Assembly (NCBI GenBank): GCA_051362555.1
Contig: CM120647.1
Location: 3,968,001-4,032,000, forward strand
Reading direction: 5' to 3'
Length of the DNA: 64,000 bases
Origin: Lingula anatina
Lineage: Eukaryota; Animalia; Brachiopoda
The notes under the pieces: generated by a model
What the model was told of the DNA's origin: nothing
The model's input: the letters and a program-made list of their open reading frames with translations, nothing else
Databases searched by the model: none
Part shown: positions 61,051 to 64,000 of the stretch, in pieces
How positions within the stretch are numbered: position 1 is the stretch's first letter
How the letters are laid out: each line of letters starts with the position of its first letter
Program-made: the position numbers and the translations under genes

Positions 61051-63507
61051 AGGGTTTGCTTCATGCCGTCAGAATGGCCTGAACGGAACATATTCTTCAG
61101 AAAACATGCCCAACTAACGATATCTTTATCCAAATACACAAATTAAAAGCTCATTTTGTAAATTTTTGGCTTTAAAAAACGTCCTATTTGCTCGGCCTGG
61201 GAGTTAATGAGCTACGTGGTCACGTGGTCCAATGACGACAATCGAGCCACTGGAGAACAGAGCGTGCTTAGCTGTCAAACTGAGCTGCATTGTCTACCTG
61301 TAAGATGACTTCTCTGGCTTCTGATAAAAGTTTATACTCATTCAAATCTCTTACCCGAGGGGTCTAAATCCTCGTGAAGCTGTGTAAAACCATTTCCCGT
61401 CTAGTCATTTCTTTAACAAGCATTTCATTATGGTTATCCCAAGTTGTATAAAACACTGCATTTGAATGAGTTAAGGGAAATGTTGATTATTGCATATGAG
61501 GTCCATGTTATTTGTGAAATTCAATTTATTTTATTAAACCGCTGACACTCCGTCTTGCATACTTTTATTAAACTGAGGTAAACAATGCCCGTTACCTTTA
61601 CAAGTCCTATCTTAATCATCCATCTACCTGGAACTTCCTTTACCTCTTAATTAGAGGGTTAAATGGCATTCAATTTGTCTTGCTTGTATCGAACGCACTC
61701 TCTATCTAAGCTTTTCTCCAGTTATCTCAGGTAAAAATCTACCTGTGCGTTAGTTACAAAGCGCAGCTCCCGTAGACCTGGGGGTACTAGATAAAATCTG
61801 AACACCAGGTTTATCGAGGAGCTAGAGAAAGAAAGGAAGAATTTTTCCTGCAAAACTTCATAGGAATGTTAACACGGACTTGATCCAGCTTAGACCTCCA
61901 AACTAAGAGGGTGACATGGGCAATTTTCACAAACAAATCATAAAACTATATTTCAGTTAACCGCCTTTAAAATAAATATACCGTTCTGGGTAAATTAAAA
62001 TAGTTATTAAATCGCAAGAATATTTTTGACTTAAATGATGATTTTATTATTAATGGAAATTAAGCTACTATATGAGGTACATTTGCTGTGATTACGCTGT
62101 CCTTCATGTTTTGCGTAAGTCTACATTTTGCTGTATGTGCATGTAATCTTTTTAAATATGTGCGTACAATTTTTGCAGGTCTGGTTACCCCCCTGTTATG
62201 TGATGAGAGTATTAATTTGGCAATTAGTTCCTTAGCTTATTTGAATAGAATTGCAGTGTAAAATTTTTAACAAGATGTTGGCGAAATAGCCCATTACTCT
62301 TTGTAGGTATTTCCCCCGTCAAAGTTTGTCTAAAATTATCTTTCAATCTTTACTCTTTCAAAGACAGTATAAAGTTACCTGACATATTTTCGTGTAAACT
62401 TAATGACAAGCCAAGTGTCTCCAGTTCATTCCGTACTCAATTTTACCCAAGCAAATTTTTTCTTGAGTAGATCTTTATAGCACGTTGTTATAAGCTTACA
62501 AATTTGCAAAAAAAAATTGCGTACTGACGCAGAATTTGCGTTTCAAGTTATAAAATAATCAATCTTTTAAATTCTTTAATATTTCAGATGAAATAATCTT
62601 CAGAAACAAATCCTCAAAGCATAAACGAATTAGGATAACGAACCATTTTATTATAGCAGTTCCCATTTTTTCTTTAATATAACGCTCTTTTTCCTGTTTT
62701 TCTTCAACACGTTTTCTTCCACGGAAGCTTCAAGATACCCTGAGAGCAATTTCTTTTATTAATGTTCGCGACCGTGTTTGAACTTAATTGTTTAAGTATT
62801 GATATTTAACGTCATTTACAAATACCAATAAAATAACCCCATGAAATAAATGAGATATATTGAAAAATATGAAAGCCCACCAAGACGAGTTTCATACCTG
62901 TTATTACCTGGCTTGGGAATTGCAGCGGTGCATAATTAACAGGTTTGTTGTAAACGAGCTTTTGGTCAACTACAATGCATTTAAAATGCATCAGCAATCA
63001 GTAAGTTTGCCAACTGATGACAGTTAATCTGAAAGACTACCAGCTCTTGATATGATCTAAACCACCTGAGGTGACCATGATCTAGAGCATCGCAACTATT
63101 GTCACCGAAGTTAGTAAGTAAGTCACGGAAGACCGTCACAGACAAAGAAAGATTGTCAACGAGAGCTGCAATTTTGGTGAATCCCACGGCAACACACCGA
63201 GGCATAACGAAAATTCCTCAACTCCGTTCAACACAACTTTCCTTAACTTCTCCGTCTGTATGCACCTGCAGCTCAGTTGAGTCTCATAGACCTTTATCGT
63301 GATTGTCGTCACAGTACCACGTGACCCAGATCTGTTGCTTCATTTTTGCATATTGAGGTGAGGTTTACTAAAACGCTTTTTTTCTACTAATAGATTGTTT
63401 TTATAATTTTTAAATGGCGGGGATCGATTAAAACATACCTCTAGTGTATAGATTGAGTGCTGTATCTTCAAAATTCGAGAAATGGATTTTTACATGAACA
63501 TTGTCCT
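61051..63507 (-). mobile_element. Possible degenerate Kolobok-like transposon
   Basis: Ends ttaa|agg... and ...cct|ttaa with weak TIR similarity (agg...ttcatg), subterminal cacgtg motifs, and a THAP-like start MPRCVAVG at 63205 on the minus strand that then decays. Confidence 0.35.
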
Positions 63508-63596
63508 TTAATACAAATCTAGCTACATATGTAGAAATATGTGTTCCGAAATCATCAAAAGTCATTGAATTTGGTGCTCTCAAGAGGACACTTAGA

Positions 63597-64000
63597 GACC
63601 ATTCCCACAGATACTTAGATAGATCTATCCCCCTGGGGAGTCTCACTAGATTGCTGTCAGCTTAATCGGCTTAAATGTCTGTCCCGCCTACTAAAAGCTG
63701 TAAGGGTCTAATTAACTTTTGTGCGCACTCGGCTCCCAGAAGCTGACAGCAATTTAGCGTGAACCCGCAGGGAGTTAGGTGGATCCAGATGGATCGATCT
63801 AAGGGACCATTCCCACAGAAATTTGGATCGATCTATCTCCCTGGGTAGTCTCACTTAATTGCAATCAAAGTATCCGGCTTAAACGCCTATCACGCCTAGT
63901 AAAGCTGTTAGGGGTAATTATCTTTCCCCCTAGCTGATTCAGTAGGCGTGGCAGACATTTAAGCCTCTTGAGCTGATAGCAATTTAGCGTGAACCCCCAG
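63597..64000 (+). repeat. Diverged tandem repeat (unit of about 210-230 bp), runs off the window
   Basis: gaccattcccacaga...gatctat..ccctggg.agtctcact and gctga.agcaatttagcgtgaaccc each occur twice. Confidence 0.8.

Noticed and set aside
62179-62690. Candidate next exons of the receptor-like gene (acceptors at about 62178 and 62587)
   Set aside because: Both reach stops within about 30 codons, show no domain signature and lie in probable transposon-derived sequence.

Overview
AT-rich, intron-containing animal genomic DNA, probably from a marine invertebrate (echinoderm-like is only a guess). All exon models were assembled by eye from GT-AG sites and reading-frame phase. The left half (1-30 kb) looks like a rapidly evolving immune-type region. 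It holds two convergent TRAF paralogs, each with its own premature stop in the last exon, so both would encode a RING + zinc-finger protein without a MATH domain. It also holds two copies of an uncharacterised gene whose product threads by eye onto the caspase/metacaspase (caspase-haemoglobinase) fold, with both catalytic residues replaced by Ser. One copy is intact. The other carries a nonsense codon, a 3-kb Academ-like insertion and an LTR-associated truncation. The middle holds a 17-coding-exon CCDC60 gene (about 748 aa). The right end holds a frameshifted DUF1647-like type II membrane gene and the 5' exons of a type II membrane protein with ITIM/ITAM-like tyrosine motifs. Many non-autonomous DNA transposons, tandem repeats and microsatellites are interspersed. 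No rRNA, tRNA or CRISPR array was seen.
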